Shown here: positions 13,001 through 28,000 of the stretch, piece by piece
How the letters are laid out: every line of letters begins with the position of its first letter
How positions within the stretch are numbered: position 1 is the first letter of the stretch
From: Perna viridis
Lineage: Eukaryota
Assembly (NCBI GenBank): GCA_037379345.1
Contig: CM074512.1
Span: 16,306,001 to 16,370,000, forward strand
Direction: 5' to 3'
DNA length: 64,000 bases
Position numbers and translations under genes: made by a program
Notes under the pieces: generated by a model
The model's input: only the letters and a program-made list of their open reading frames with translations
What the model was told of the DNA's origin: nothing
The model's database searches: none

Positions 13001-16000
13001 CATGAACTGTTTAGGAATTAAGGGCCAAAAAGGGGCAACTCTGATTCTTGTACATTCTTATTCTGTGTCAAATGTTTAATTGCAATCCAAATTCAGAGTT
13101 TAATCAAGCTTGAATGATGTGTCCATACTTGTCCCAACCACTCAAGGTTTGACTTCTATAGTTGTACTAAGCTGTGCCCTTTGATGCTTTTTATTGTATA
13201 TTCTTATCAAAATAATATTGTACCAGAGGGAAAAAGTTTTGGTAGTTCAGTTATTGTGGTGACTCCCAAATAGATTAAAGTTGTAGCTATTCTTTATTTA
13301 ATTTTGATATTATTAATATAGTCTGTAATTTACTGTAGTACAAAGGTGTTTGTTTATTATTCAGTACCACTCCCATGTATTGTGTCTGACTGGTCTGAAT
13401 GGTCAGCACCTGATGCTTCTGGAACCAGATACAGAGTTAGATACATGACCAGACCTGCTCTTAATGGTGGTAACGAATGTCCAGATCTTATCCAACTTGG
13501 CAAAGGTTTGTATACTGCCTTAATTACTTAAATGACAGGGTGCTGAGATTACAATAATACAATTCATCACATTTTCAAACCTATCAGATGTATACAATTC
13601 ACTCCTGCTCAACTTGTACATTGTATTCTGTCAGAAGCAATGCATATTTCTGTTATGTGTCTTCTTAAATCATTTAGGATTCACTTCTTGTTTGACCATC
13701 AAAGTCATGTTACCATTTAAATTTTTATCATTTGTTTTTATTTAGGTCTCATTTGAATCATTTGCATGTTGATTGTAGGATATTACTCTTTGTTTATTTT
13801 GAATTGTATTATTTTTATTTCGTTCTGCATTTTATATTATTCAGTACCACTGCCATGTATTGTGTCTGACTGGACTGAATGGTCAGCACCTGATGCTTCT
13901 GGAACCAGATACAGAGTTAGATACATGACCAGACCTGCTCTTAATGGTGGCAAAGAATGTCCAGATCTCATCCAACTTACCAAAGGTAAATTTACTAAAT
14001 GTATAATTCAAAATTCTGATAAAAATTAAGTAAGATGCCAATCATGGACATACAGTGTTGATTTTGAAGACAATATGGCAAGTACACATGTATGAACAGA
14101 AAACAGCATTTCACACGTGAATTTCTGTAATGCATAAAATTGAAACATCATGCATTAATTGAAATGCAGGCAAGGAAATTGATATTACAGTCACAATATT
14201 TGATTGTAAGGTATTTATTAATTTCAAATTATGGCTACAAACCACTTATATCACTTCCCATTAGCTCCAATGCTAATTTCACTAAGTTCAATGTGTTATG
14301 GAGCTTTCACCTTAAGTTTAATCGTTAGAAGATTATATGTATATTCTTAAAGCTGTATGTTTACACTAATAGCTCTGAAATATCTGGTAAGGTTTACTTC
14401 CTTGCAGCGCGAATGACAATGTCTCCTTGAAGACACATCTTAAGATAAGAGTTTAGACCCAAGCAATATCGGTTTCCTATTTTGATGGTTTTGTTCATAT
14501 TATGACCCTGTGGATTAAATTAAAGTGTGGCTCTCTGCAACCACTCATCGCAAGGGCTATATCATATGGTACAATTTCACATTCAGGCGACATCTACTTC
14601 CTGATTTATAACTTCATTGTTTGACCTTATGGCTTTATTGCAAATTTTCAGTAACATTTTTTTCTGCAACTACTTCTCACAGGGTATGCCATAACGGGGA
14701 AAATATTTCAGACCTAAGCAACGTTAAGACTCTGTCAAAACAGTCTTTTTTAATATCATTAACTTATGGTTTTAACACAAAATGTCAGAATTTACCTCTT
14801 TGATCACCTATACTAAGTTCAATATCTCCCAGGTCACATTGGAAACATGCTGTTTAAAATTGTATTTATGGACTGAATGAATTTTGTGGTAGAAATGATT
14901 GTGTTCTCTACTTAGAATTACACTTCTTTTCTCTTCTCAGTACCTCTGCCATGTATTGTATCTGAATGGACCAGATGGTCAGCACCTGATGCTTCTGGAA
15001 CCAGATACAGAGTTAGATATATGACAAGACCTGCTCTTAATGGTGGTAAAGAATGTCCTGATCTCATCCAACTCGGCAAAGGTAAACATTTTATATTTAT
15101 ACTCTAGATGGTTTGATGTTATAAGTTTGAAATGAGAGACTTCTGACAACACAGTCTTCCTAAACTGATCTATATATGAACTTAAGAATCTGTCTAGTAA
15201 AGATAAATTGTGACTATAAATTTATATCACATATTTGTAGTACAACTAATTTGTATTTCTGTAATGGATATTGATTGCATTTCTATTATGACCTAAGTAA
15301 GGTTATATCAAAAGACTTTTTTTTAGTCATAATACATGTACTTTCTCATTATTTCAGTACCACTTCCATGTATTGTATCTGACTGGACTGAATGGTCAGC
15401 ACCTGATGCTTCTGGAACCAGATACAGAGTTAGATACATGACCAGACCTGCTCTTAATGGTGGCAAAGAATGTCCAGATCTCATACAACTTACCAAAGGT
15501 AAAATTATAGGAGTATAAAGTCAAGATAAATAATATATATATATATATGTAGTCTTCAATCTTATTAAAGGTGCTAGTTTAATTTGTGGGTAGACTTAAG
15601 GTTGAAAGGATCTCGTAACAAAAATTGTAATGATCTAATGAACTTGAAAAAAAAATCTTATGTAAAACCAAAATCATGATTTTGTTATCCTTAGTGTTTC
15701 TGCTTTGTGTATTATGTTAATTTTGCTTATGGAGGTAAAACATAGCAATTGTTTCTAATTGAAGAACAAAAAAATTAAACCATTCTAACTGATACTAAAT
15801 CATATGAACATTTTTCTATTTAAATAAAGTTGAAGTTGAAATAAATTTTCTTTTATGGGTTTTTTTAGGCCATTGTACATAAAAAGAAACTTGTTGTTTT
15901 GAAGTTGCCACTAAAGCAAACCTACAAAAGCTTCCTTAGAGTTTTACTTATGTAGTAAATACCTATTCAAGTTATTGCCCTTGAAATGCTTTAGTTTTAC

Positions 16001-19000
16001 TTATGTAGTAAATACCTATTCGAGTTATTGCCCTTGAAATGCTTTAGTTTTACTTATGTAGTAAATACCTATTAGAGTTATTGCCCTTGAAATGCTTTAG
16101 TTTTACTTATGTAGTAAATACCTATTAGAGTTATTGTCCTTGAAATGCATTAGTTTTACATATGTAGTAAATACCTATTAGAGTTATTGCCCTTGAAATG
16201 CCTTATATGACATCTTCAGTTTGTTTACCTTTTTTTATTTTAAAGGATAAGGTACACTTCTGGGTGAATTTGTCCCTTTCTTTTCTGTATACCTGAAAAT
16301 ATATATTGGTTGATATCATACAACAGGTTTCTTTATATGTTGTACATTGAAATTATGCTTAAAGAATCTTCATTGAATTCCTTATAAGAAATGTCAAGTC
16401 GAAAGTTAACAAAAATTTTGTTAACTGTTTTAGAATGTTATGCAACACTGATACAGCCCATTAAAAATCTAATGGATGGTGAAATTTTTTAAACAAGTAT
16501 GCTTCAGAATAAAGAAAAATCAAAGTACTCATGTACTGAATCAATTTATATTGATGGCTTGAATTTTTACGCCTCAAATAACCATCAAATTGCAAAATAT
16601 GGGATAAAAGCAGGGATAAAAGGAAAGTACAGGGATCAAATTCAAATGTATCTAAACACAGGCTTTTTGTTGTAAATGGTTAATATTGAACTCTGATTTT
16701 TTTTTCATTCACCATTCTGATTACGAAGGACATTTAATAAGCACAACAACATTCATGATGCAGTGCACCAGTTAGCAAAATATTCAGTTTTGTTGATGGT
16801 TTACATGGAACACCAAGATGAATTCATACACAACATCCAACATACTGCATAATCGAACTACGAGCTACTAGTTGGCCTTTCCCAGTTCCTAAATTTTCAA
16901 TTCGAAATTCAATTTAAAGATCTTCAGATCAAAACTGTCTGTCAGATCGTTTAAACTTTTGCCACAATCATTGAAATCAACCATGCCTTTAGATACGTTC
17001 CCTCTCAACTAGGTACATCTCTCAGTTGCTAAGCTATATAGCTCAAGTCCTACAAGTTATCACATATACACCTGTGTGTCCTGTGAAAGTGCTTAGTTTC
17101 TGGGCATCTAGTTCTAGAGACATGCACATACATTAACATATAAACACCAAAGCCTTAGAAAATTTCCACAATTATGTCTGATGCAGGAAACACTCACCAT
17201 GCACCTTCCGGTAAATGCATAGAAATAAACAGGTATTGATGAAATTAAAGGTCAACTATTTTTTAATGGGATCGTTGTTAATACAAACCAAACTTTTAAT
17301 CATCATATTTCGTTCACAGTAAAAGTTGTTTATTGGGTTTGTTTATTGGCGTAAATAGCATAGAAATAAATATGACAAATTAGAAATACCTATTAAGTGG
17401 ATATAACTATCTGCATTTGAACATCAATGGGGTATGCCTGTGGGATTATTTTCCTGCAGTAGTGTAAGATAATTTCAGATGCTAACAGGCTTTACAAATC
17501 TAAAGGCTCCGGCGATTGCTATATCAATTCTGATCTTTGATCTAAATTGATAAAAAACATAAGAGTAAATTGGTACAGCTACTAACTCTAGGTATTTCCC
17601 TTTCATCCAAAAAGCAGAAATTTATTTGGATTAAAACTTTGATTTCATAGAATCTTTGGGTCGCTGACTGGCATGCGTACCCCAATCTTTGGGTCGCTGA
17701 GTGGCATGCGTACCCCAATCTTTTGGTCGCTGACTAGCATGCGTACTCCAATCTTTGGGTCGCTGACTGGCATGTGTACCCCAGTCTTTATGGTGTAAAT
17801 TGTTTATATTGATTTAATAATCATTTTGAAAGGGTCATTATATGGTTGAAGTTGACTCTTATTGGAAATCATTGTCATTGACTGGCAGGATATCATACCC
17901 TTTTAATTTTCCTCAAGCATTTAGAGCTTCCTTTCACATTGATTTAATTTACCTTCTAAAACAGTACCACTTCCATGTATTGTGTCTGAATGGACTAGAT
18001 GGTCAGCACCAGATGCTTCTGGAACCAGATATAGAGTTAGATACATGACCAGACCTGCTCTTAATGGTGGAAAGGAATGTCCAGATCTTATCCAACTTGG
18101 CAAAGGTTTGTAATCAGTATGATATTATTATGCTTTTATGGAAATAAGGAAATCGAATGAGCTTACATTTAATTTTGAAAAGCAAATATTGTTAGATATT
18201 TTCTGTATGAAACAATTTATTAACACATACATAATAAGAAACTATGAATTGTGAAATTAGAGGTATATGATATTCATATGGCAAATTAATTTTATTTTGG
18301 ATTTTTCTTGTCTCCTTTTCAAGCAGAAGTGAGAGACCAGCAAAAACAAGGAAAAATTTAAGGATGGCTCAAATTCAAATATAAAAGGACAAATTAAACA
18401 TAATGTGCAGTTTTCTGAGGTGTTAGTCCACAGAGTGGTCAGGTAATATGGTTAAACATTTACTAGTCATGTCATGAGTTTTGTTCATAATGGGTTACAT
18501 TTTAATGAGTTCTCTTATTTACAGTACCACTTCCATGTATTGTGTCTGACTGGACTGAATGGTCAGCACCTGATGCTTCTGGAACCAGATACAGAGTTAG
18601 ATACATGACCAGACCTGCTCTTAATGGTGGAAAAGAATGTCCAGATCTCATCCAACTCACTAAAGGTGTGATTTTGAGCGATTTAAAAAATACATTAGTG
18701 GTGTTACCTCCATTAACAAAAAAAAACTATTTTTGACTGACTGATAGGGCAATAGTCAATAGAATATTTGTTGGACATTGTTCTTCCTTACTTATAAAAA
18801 TATGGCTGTATTTCTGAAATAAATTTTGGAGGATGTTGTAAACGATGAACTTCAAATTGTAGATTAGTGAAAATTAGTAAGCTAATGCTATACTTAAAGT
18901 GTGTCAGTGGTTTCTGATATATACAAATAATTTTCTGCTATGCCTCTCTCCTGCAATAGTTTACATGAAATGAAACAAAAACATTTAAATGGTTTTATTA

Positions 19001-22000
19001 CAATACTGTAAGGTAGATAAATTTCATTGAGTACTAATTTTAATAGTCTGTCTATATACTACGAAAGATTGTCCATAAAATATTAACTATGGACTTTAGT
19101 ACCTAGTGCATCACTTGGCATCTGCCAAAATTTTTCAGATTACTTTTTCCTCATAGTCACTACATTTTACACCTGCTAAAATGACCCACATTATAATATG
19201 TAGATGTACTGTTCAACCCTTGTATATTTGAGCCTTTATTGCCTAGAAACAAGCATGATTTTTTTATCTCATCTTTTGCCTTTTTGAGTACTGAAATTTG
19301 TGTCAGTGTCTGAATGATTACTTGATATTTTATAGATTCACTTTCATTTTTTTCTTAGTAACTGTGATTGGAAACATTTTAGAACCAGGAGCAATAATTT
19401 TTTTTTAATTTCTTAAAAATAAAATGCATTTTGTTTGTTTTAACCTTAAGTACCACTTCCATGTATTGTGTCTGAATGGACCAGATGGTCAGCTCCTGAT
19501 GCTTCTGGAACCAGATACAGAGTTAGATATATGACCAGACCTGCTCTTAATGGTGGAAAAGAATGTCCAGATCTCATTCAACTTGGAAAAGGTAAAGAAT
19601 TGCTACTTTTGTATATATTAATGCATTTTATGTGAATTATGTAGCTAAACTAGCTTGAACAGCTGTGCTTCATGATTTGTGGCTACCTTTGTTCAATATA
19701 AGCTGAAATATTCTTTGAAACTTTCTATCATCTAGTTTGTCAGTACCAATATGGGTATATTTTTATTTAGACATCAAAGAAATTCTTTTTTTATGACACT
19801 AAAATCTAGGTTACGGTATTGGCCTCTTTATTCTTTGATATATAATTCTGTAACCAGTCTGCTTCAGTCAATCAACATATAGATCTGTTGCATTAAAAAG
19901 TCAAAATGACTATACACTAAGAAATTTAATTGTGAATGCAAGTGTAAAACACATTGTTCTGTTCTTTAAATTGAGGCTTATTATGTATACCTTATAGTAC
20001 CATTGCCATGTATTGTGATATAAGTAAAGTTATATCAAAAGACCTTTTTAGTCATGATACATGTACTTTCTCATTTCAGTACCACTTCCATGTATTGTGT
20101 CTGACTGGACTCAATGGTCAGCACCTGATGCTTCTGGTACCAGATACAGAGTTAGATACATGACAAGACCTGCTCTAAATGGTGGAAAAGAATGTCCAGA
20201 TCTTATCCAACTGACTAAAGGTTAGTATCCTGATTTTTCATACAATTGAAAAAAGAATTGTGGTTGTAAAATGGTATGGCACTGTCCTTGCCAGCAGTGG
20301 TGTTATTATTTATTGGAATTAGAAAAAGGAACCTATATGGTGAAACCCCACAAATGCACCATATATAGGGGCCAAAAAAGAGTTAGAAACAAGCTTAATC
20401 CTGGTTTCTGGTTCATAACTTGAATAAAAGTGTTTCGATATATATGAAAATGTACCATGATGATCCACACCACAAAAGGAAGGCTGAGATTGATTTTGGG
20501 GGTTATGACTGAAACTGTTTACTTAGAGGCAAAAATAATAAGGGCCAGAAATCAGCATTTTCCTGATGTTTGCACAATAACTTGAGTAAGAGTTTGTGGA
20601 TCTCTAAGAATTCATATTTTGTATTGAATAGCAGGGTTATTGCTTTTACTGTTTAGGAATGGGGGGAAATGGGGGGTGTTAAAATAATCATTTTTGCCAC
20701 TTTGTTAAAATTTCTAAATTCTTTTGTTTAAGTGCAAATTTTTATGTTCTTTGACCACTTTTATCCTGGTCAGGCAATCGAACTGTGAAGGATTTTATTT
20801 AAATGATTAAAAAAGATTTCCTACTCTTCAAATTTTAATCTGTACAATTTCCTTAGAGCATAAGGAAAATAATTTGCATCCATGGTTTAAGTAGTGGTCA
20901 CAAGAATATATTCTCTATTTTCAGTACCTTTGCCATGTATTGTTTCTGACTGGACTGAATGGAGTAAACCAGATGCCACAGGAACCAGATATAGAGTTAG
21001 ATACATGACCAGACCAGCTCTCAATGGTGGAAAAGAATGTCCAGATCTTATTCAAATGGGCAGAGGTAATGAATTACTTGTTCATCCTTTGTGATTGATT
21101 GGTGGACTACAAACTAGGAAATTTTTAGTACAATGTACTTAATTGTTTTACTGGTACATGTAGTTATAATGATGTGAAACTAAAATGGTTGAGAGACAAA
21201 ATTTCCCTTGTATATAAGAAATGATAAATCATCCTGACACCTTATTTCATGAAATGATTTGCTGTTTGTCCATTCTTATGCCTTACTCCTCTTTATTCAA
21301 AGATATCTGTGAATAGTGAATATGCCATTTAAAAAGAAAACATTTTTATTCACATTTGTTTTATTTTTTATTTGCTTTTCATTTGATATTCAGTACCATT
21401 GCCATGTATTATGAGTGAATGGACCCCATGGACCAAACCAGATGCTACTGGAACTATTTATAGATACAGATATGTCCTTAGACCAGCTCTTAATAAGGGC
21501 AAAGAGTGTGAAGATCTCATGCAACTTAAAAAAGGTAATTTAAATTAGATACACTATGAGTAATTAAAGAGTAATTAAGGGAATTGAAATTCTTGTGGAA
21601 ATCAAAAAATTGTAATCCACTGACGAAGACCACACAAGGAAAACAGCCACACACAACAAAGAACATGAAATAATTAAAATAATATGTACAAAGTAACAAA
21701 AGTAAATGACTAACTTGGACTCCACTAAAAAACTGACCAGGTGCACTGGTAGAGCATCCTCTGTAAATCACTTAATAAACATTATGTTCATAGAATAAGT
21801 TCTAATTAATCTGAAATCCTCCGCATACATTAATAATAGCCAATGCAATATAGCATACAATTACATTATTTAAAAAAATGACAAACAAGAAAACCTAAAT
21901 CTTTGAAACCACATGCGATGAAGTTAAAATTCATAAAAAGTACTAAAAATTACCAGTCTGACATTCTGTGTACAAATTATGATATACAAGTTTCAGTCAC

Positions 22001-25000
22001 CTCTTAGTCCACACTAAATTATGAATGTAGTTTGCATGGAGAGATGTTTACATTTTTTAAGGTTGTATATTTAGATGGAAGAATGTTCCTTGTTATAATA
22101 CAGGTATGTCAGTATCTTTTCAGTCGGTACTGTACATAAACATTTTCTTCATGAGCATTTCATCAACTACTAGTAGTAATTACTGTTTGCTATAAAATGT
22201 TAAAATTGCCATCATAAAACTTTCATATTTCTTTTCTAGTACCACTGCCATGTCTGATGTCTGACTGGACTAAATGGACTCAGCCTGATGCCTCAGGAAC
22301 TATCTACAGATACAGATACATGATCAGACCTTCTCTTAATGGTGGAAAAGAATGTGAAGACCTCCTTCAACTTAAGAAAGGTATTATTATTTTTTCATTT
22401 AAAGGAAAATATAATTCATCATTTTTATATGGAAAATCTGCATTTAATGTGGTTTTGATAGAAAATTTTATGTTTTAATTGTCAACAGAAAATATGAAAT
22501 TTGTGAATTGATTTATATACAAATAACCTGAAATCAATGATTCCTTATTGACTGAATTATTCATGGTGAGTTTTTATCACCTACTAGTGAGTGCAAACCA
22601 CCAATAATTTCTTCACACATATAGAAAGAGAAATGAAAATTGCAAGTTTGAAATGAAAGATATCAAACATTTATTGTTGAAGTTAGGTTGGGGCCAGAAG
22701 ATTGAATAAATGAATGTGAAATTGAAAGAGGTTGACATTTTGAAAGAAATTTTTAGAAAAAAGGTAGTATTTTTAATTAAAGCAAATGATTTCTTCGATT
22801 CAGCATCTATATTAAGTTGAAAATCACATTTTTCCATTATTATTATTCTAGTACCACTGCCATGTCTGATGTCTGACTGGACTAAATGGACTCAGCCTGA
22901 TGCCTCAGGAACTATCTACAGATACAGATATGTTATCAGACCTTCACTCAATGGTGGCAAGGAGTGTGAAGACCTCCTTCAACTCAAGAAAGGTAAGATT
23001 TACCACTTTAATTGTCTTTATCTGCAAAATGAGGGAGGGCCATGGTATTAGTATTAGTATCTGTCTGCCCATCCATTTGTTCACAACACCTCGTGGATAC
23101 ATCTCTCAAGAAACCACAGATTGTTTCAATATTTTGTAGGATGTTTTGTTATGAAGTGTTTGACTTAAATAATACACCACCATTTTGATTCAACAAATTA
23201 TGTAGGAGTTAGACAATTTTTAACATCTCTCCACACAAGAAAATCTTGTGAAACCAACTCCTCTGAAACTACTGGACAGATGGCTTCCATATTTTGTCGG
23301 ATAAGTTGTTATGAAATGTCAATATTTATACGTAGGAGTTATGGGACTTGATTAACTTGAAGTAATTTGAAGTAATCTTGTACCAGATGATTGTTTGTTT
23401 GTTGGGTTTTAACGTCCGAGCAGCAATATTTCAGCTTTATTCAGATGAGTGTACCAGATGATGATTTAATTATTTTTAAATCCATATAAAGCAAACATAT
23501 ATATTTGTTTTTGATTTATGCCAGCTTATTGGGCAACAAACCCTTCTATACAGGAGGAGGGGATGTAAGTCTATTTAGTAGTTTAAAGTAGGTTAAAATG
23601 AATGAAATGTGTAACAAATTCGGTTTTTTTTTAGTACCACTTCCATGTATTGTGTCTGACTGGACCACATGGTCAGCACCTGATGCTTCTGGAACCAGAT
23701 ATAGAGTTAGATATACAGTCAGACCTGCCCTCAATGGTGGCAAAGAATGTCCAGATCTCATCCAGCTTGGCAAAGGTTTGTGTCTAATTGTTCAGAATGA
23801 ATTGACAAAAAAGTGTGTGTTCATGTATGTTACAACTCACTTCAATTAATATAGTTAGTCTACAATAACTTGAAAGAATTTTAATTTCACATTATTTTTC
23901 TGAAATAGACACAAAAATTAAATGAAGTTTAACCAACAAACAACTCATATAAATGTATTTACCTATTTACTGTTTTAGTTTTTGGTTGTTTCATATGAAT
24001 ATTTTATACCAGTGTTTATGCCTACTTAAGAATAATACTTCCTGATGTGAAATTAAGATACAAATTTGAATGTTTACTAATGATCAGTTTCTTTACTGTG
24101 TCTACAGTATAAAACTTATATTACAGTACCACTCCCATGTATTGTGTCTGACTGGACCGAATGGTCAGCACCTGATGCTTCTGGAACCAGATACAGAGTT
24201 AGATATATGACCAGACCAGCTCTTAATGGTGGAAAAGAATGTCCAGATCTCATCCAACTCACAAAAGGTAAATAAAAACTGAAGTTTTTTCTACTATCAT
24301 AAAGTAGCAAAATGAAATGTGACCCCATTAGTTACTAAGTTTTTCAACTGTTTGAAATACCATGTCCAGTTGTTCATACTACATTATCCTCTGTACTGGA
24401 GCTGGTGTTGTTTTTTTGTGAATGTATAATCAGATAGCAGTAGTTTTCTTATTCTCACCACATTCTTTGGAGGTATAGAAATATTTAATGTATCTACACT
24501 TTTCTGTCATAAGTATGTAGCATTTTGGGATAAAACAATTCAATACAATTTTGTTAGTTGTAGTACATGGTTTCCAGTGACTTATCAGTCATTTAAATTT
24601 TGAAGCAAAATGATTTTTTTCTTTAGTACCACTCCCATGTATTGTGTCTGAATGGACCAGATGGTCTGCACCTGATGCTTCTGGAACCAGATACAGAGTT
24701 AGATACATGACCAGACCTGCTCTTAATGGTGGCAAAGAATGTCCAGATCTCATCCAACTTGGAAAAGGTGTGTAAAATCATTAAAACCTGATTTTAGAAT
24801 CTAAATTTTAGTGGTTTGGTTTAATTGGAATCTTTGTCAAAGAAACATGTTTCCATTAAATTCCTTTGTAAAGATTTTAGATAAATGTTAACATATTTAA
24901 CATGGAGAAGTCTGACATAGGGCTTAGCTAAAGTAGTAGAACTCAAATTTTGTTGTTAATAAACTGTCTTGAAAAATATTACAGTACCACTCCCATGTAT

Positions 25001-28000
25001 TGTGTCTGACTGGACTGAATGGTCAGCACCAGATGCTTCTGGAACCAGATACAGAGTTAGATACATGACAAGACCTGCTCTTAATGGTGGTAAAGAATGT
25101 CCAGATCTCATCCAACTCACTAAAGGTATATAAGTATGAAAAAAGTGGGTTTTTTTTTCAGATTTCTTTTTTTTTTCAATGAAAATACCAGATTGCTATA
25201 GATTTAAGGTGTTGATCCTACTGCTTAGTTATGTTTAAGACAGGAAACTAAATTCAATTTGTGTTGCTTTGTTTCATTTTGGTTATAAATTAAATTGTAT
25301 GTTATTTGATATGAAGGACTCTGAAGTAGTTAGTATAACTTTTTAACCAGGCATCTTTTACTTATCATTTCTTAATGTATTAACATTTTCAGTATCTAAA
25401 TTTGATGAAAATTTATTTGTATGTGAACATTACAAATGCAAATATAAGTGACAAATGTATGTTCAAGGTTCATAATAAGTATTTTTTCTTGTTGTCTTTG
25501 ATAAAAATAGAGAAGCACAATTGACTGTTAATACAAAAAACCTCAACAGAACTTGTTCAATTATTTTCCAGTACCACTGCCATGTATTGTGTCTGAATGG
25601 ACTACATGGTCAGCTCCTGATGCTTCTGGAACCAGATACAGAGTTAGATATATGACCAGACCTGCTCTTAACGGTGGTAAAGAATGTCCAGATCTCATCC
25701 AACTTGGCAAAGGTAAAATTTTGAAAAAAATAGACATACAAATTTTAAGTGAAGCTTTATTTTTGTTCATTATGTTTATATATGTAATGAAATAGTTATG
25801 AATTTATTTCACATTAATTGTGTTAAACGTATACTGAATGTATATTTTATGCACAGCATCTGAAAGTTCTAAGCAGGTCTTTAAAGAAGTTGGTTTGGTA
25901 AGGGCAAAATTTGGCCTCAAATTCAAAGTCTACATGAAAAAAATTTTATGTTGTTTTTTAATGTGTTTATAGTTGATTTGATTGGTTTATGGTGATTCTT
26001 TGAACATATACAGTCATATATACCCTTCAAACTTGGCTAAGATTGGGAAGATCTGTTAAAAAGACTGAAAAACACCAAATTTTGTGCCATTTTTCACTCT
26101 TTTAACAATGGCCACATGCATGTTGACTCTCATATTTCATATATGTTGTGTATTATTGTCAGTTACAACTTGTGTAAAATATCTGGAGTCAACAGATGTG
26201 TGGCCACTTCTGTTCCACACAAAAACCATCTTAAAAATTGCGGAATGTTAAAAGAAAGGTTTTTGTAAAAGATAAATGCATACTGTTTTTTCTAGAATAA
26301 CATCATAAATCTTGACAAAAACATCTTATATTCAGTGTTTGTGACCATTTTACTATTCTGCTACTATGTAGAATTCAGCTTTAATCAAATTTTTTAAAAT
26401 GCCCTAATTATGAGGCAAAAAGGGGTCCTTACCAAACTTTCTCAAAGTGAGGTAATCAGAGAAATACATAATGGCTTTAGAAAGTGTTGAGAGAATGATT
26501 TATCGAGTCTTTTTTTTGTCATGATATTTTCTCATTATTTCAGTACCATTGCCATGTATTGTGTCTGACTGGACTGAATGGTCAGCACCAGATGCTTCTG
26601 GAACCAGATATAGAGTTAGATACATGACCAGACCTGCTCTCAATGGTGGAAAAGAATGCCCAGATCTCATCCAACTCACCAAAGGTTTGTATTATCTCAA
26701 GCCTGTTCGCTCTAAGTAAATATTTTAGTGCATTTATTGTTTTATTGAAAAATTAAGTGTATGCTCTTTTAAAATTGCTACTTGGCACTGAAAGATTCAG
26801 AATCTTGTCAGAATCAGATTATAGCCTGGCACTTGTAGTTTTCATTACGGTTGGCTCACCGATTTTCTTGGTTGCTTTTTGTCCCACGCCCTTCATGAAT
26901 GCAGGCAGTATAGAATTAGGCTTTCCGTCAATCTGTCTGTCCGAAATTGGTTTCCAGAGCATAACTTTAAAATGCCTTCATAAAATTTCATTAAACTTGG
27001 ACAGTTGAAGGCTTTTGAGGTAGGTAAGACACCTATTGATTTTGAAGTCAGTAGGTTAAAGGTCAAGGTTACATGGACTATATGAAATAGTTTTGGAGTT
27101 GAAATTTGGTTTCCAGAGTGTAACTTTTTAATGCCTTCATAAAATTTCACCAAACTGGGACAGTTGAAGGCTTATGGGGTAAGGATGACACCTATTGACT
27201 CTGAGGTCAGTAGGCCAAAGGTCAAGGTCACACAGACTTAACAAAATATAATTTTGGGGTGTAAATTGGTTTCCAGTTAGTAACTTTTGAATGCCTTCAT
27301 AGAGTTTCACCAAACTTGGGTAGTTGAAGGCTTATGGGTAAGGAGGACACCTTGAATTTGAGGTCAGTATGTTGAAGGTCAAGGTCACACAGACTTAACA
27401 AAATATAATTTGGGGGGGGGGAATTAGTTTCTGGAGCATTACTTTTGAACGCCTTCATAGAATTTCATCAAACTTGGACAGTTGAAGGCTTATGCTGAAG
27501 GAAATAATATTCTGTGCAATTTTACTTTTGTTGCAAGGGGACCCTGGAGCACTGCTCTTGTTATATCTGTATCTGAAAGATTAAGTATCAAGAATATTAT
27601 AATTATGTCATTGATTTCTGTAAAATATTATATGCAATCTTAGAGCCTTAAACAATTTTATTTTCGTACCAAGTTTCTCTTATGTAAATAATCTCTTTTT
27701 GTAGTACCACTACCATGTATTGTATCTGAATGGACTAGATGGTCAGCACCTGATGCTTCTGGAACCAGATACAGAGTCAGATACATGACCAGACCTGCTC
27801 TTAATGGTGGTAAAGAATGTCCAGATCTCATCCAACTTGGCAAAGGTGTGTTCATGTCATAAGGGCTTAATTTCTATCTGTTTGTTATAAATGAAAGTTA
27901 ACTTGAGTTAACTTTGTATCTGAAAAAAAAATATGAAGAACTTTTACAATACATTCCACATTTTGTGATGGTCTTCAAAAAATATGTCAAATATTAGCTT

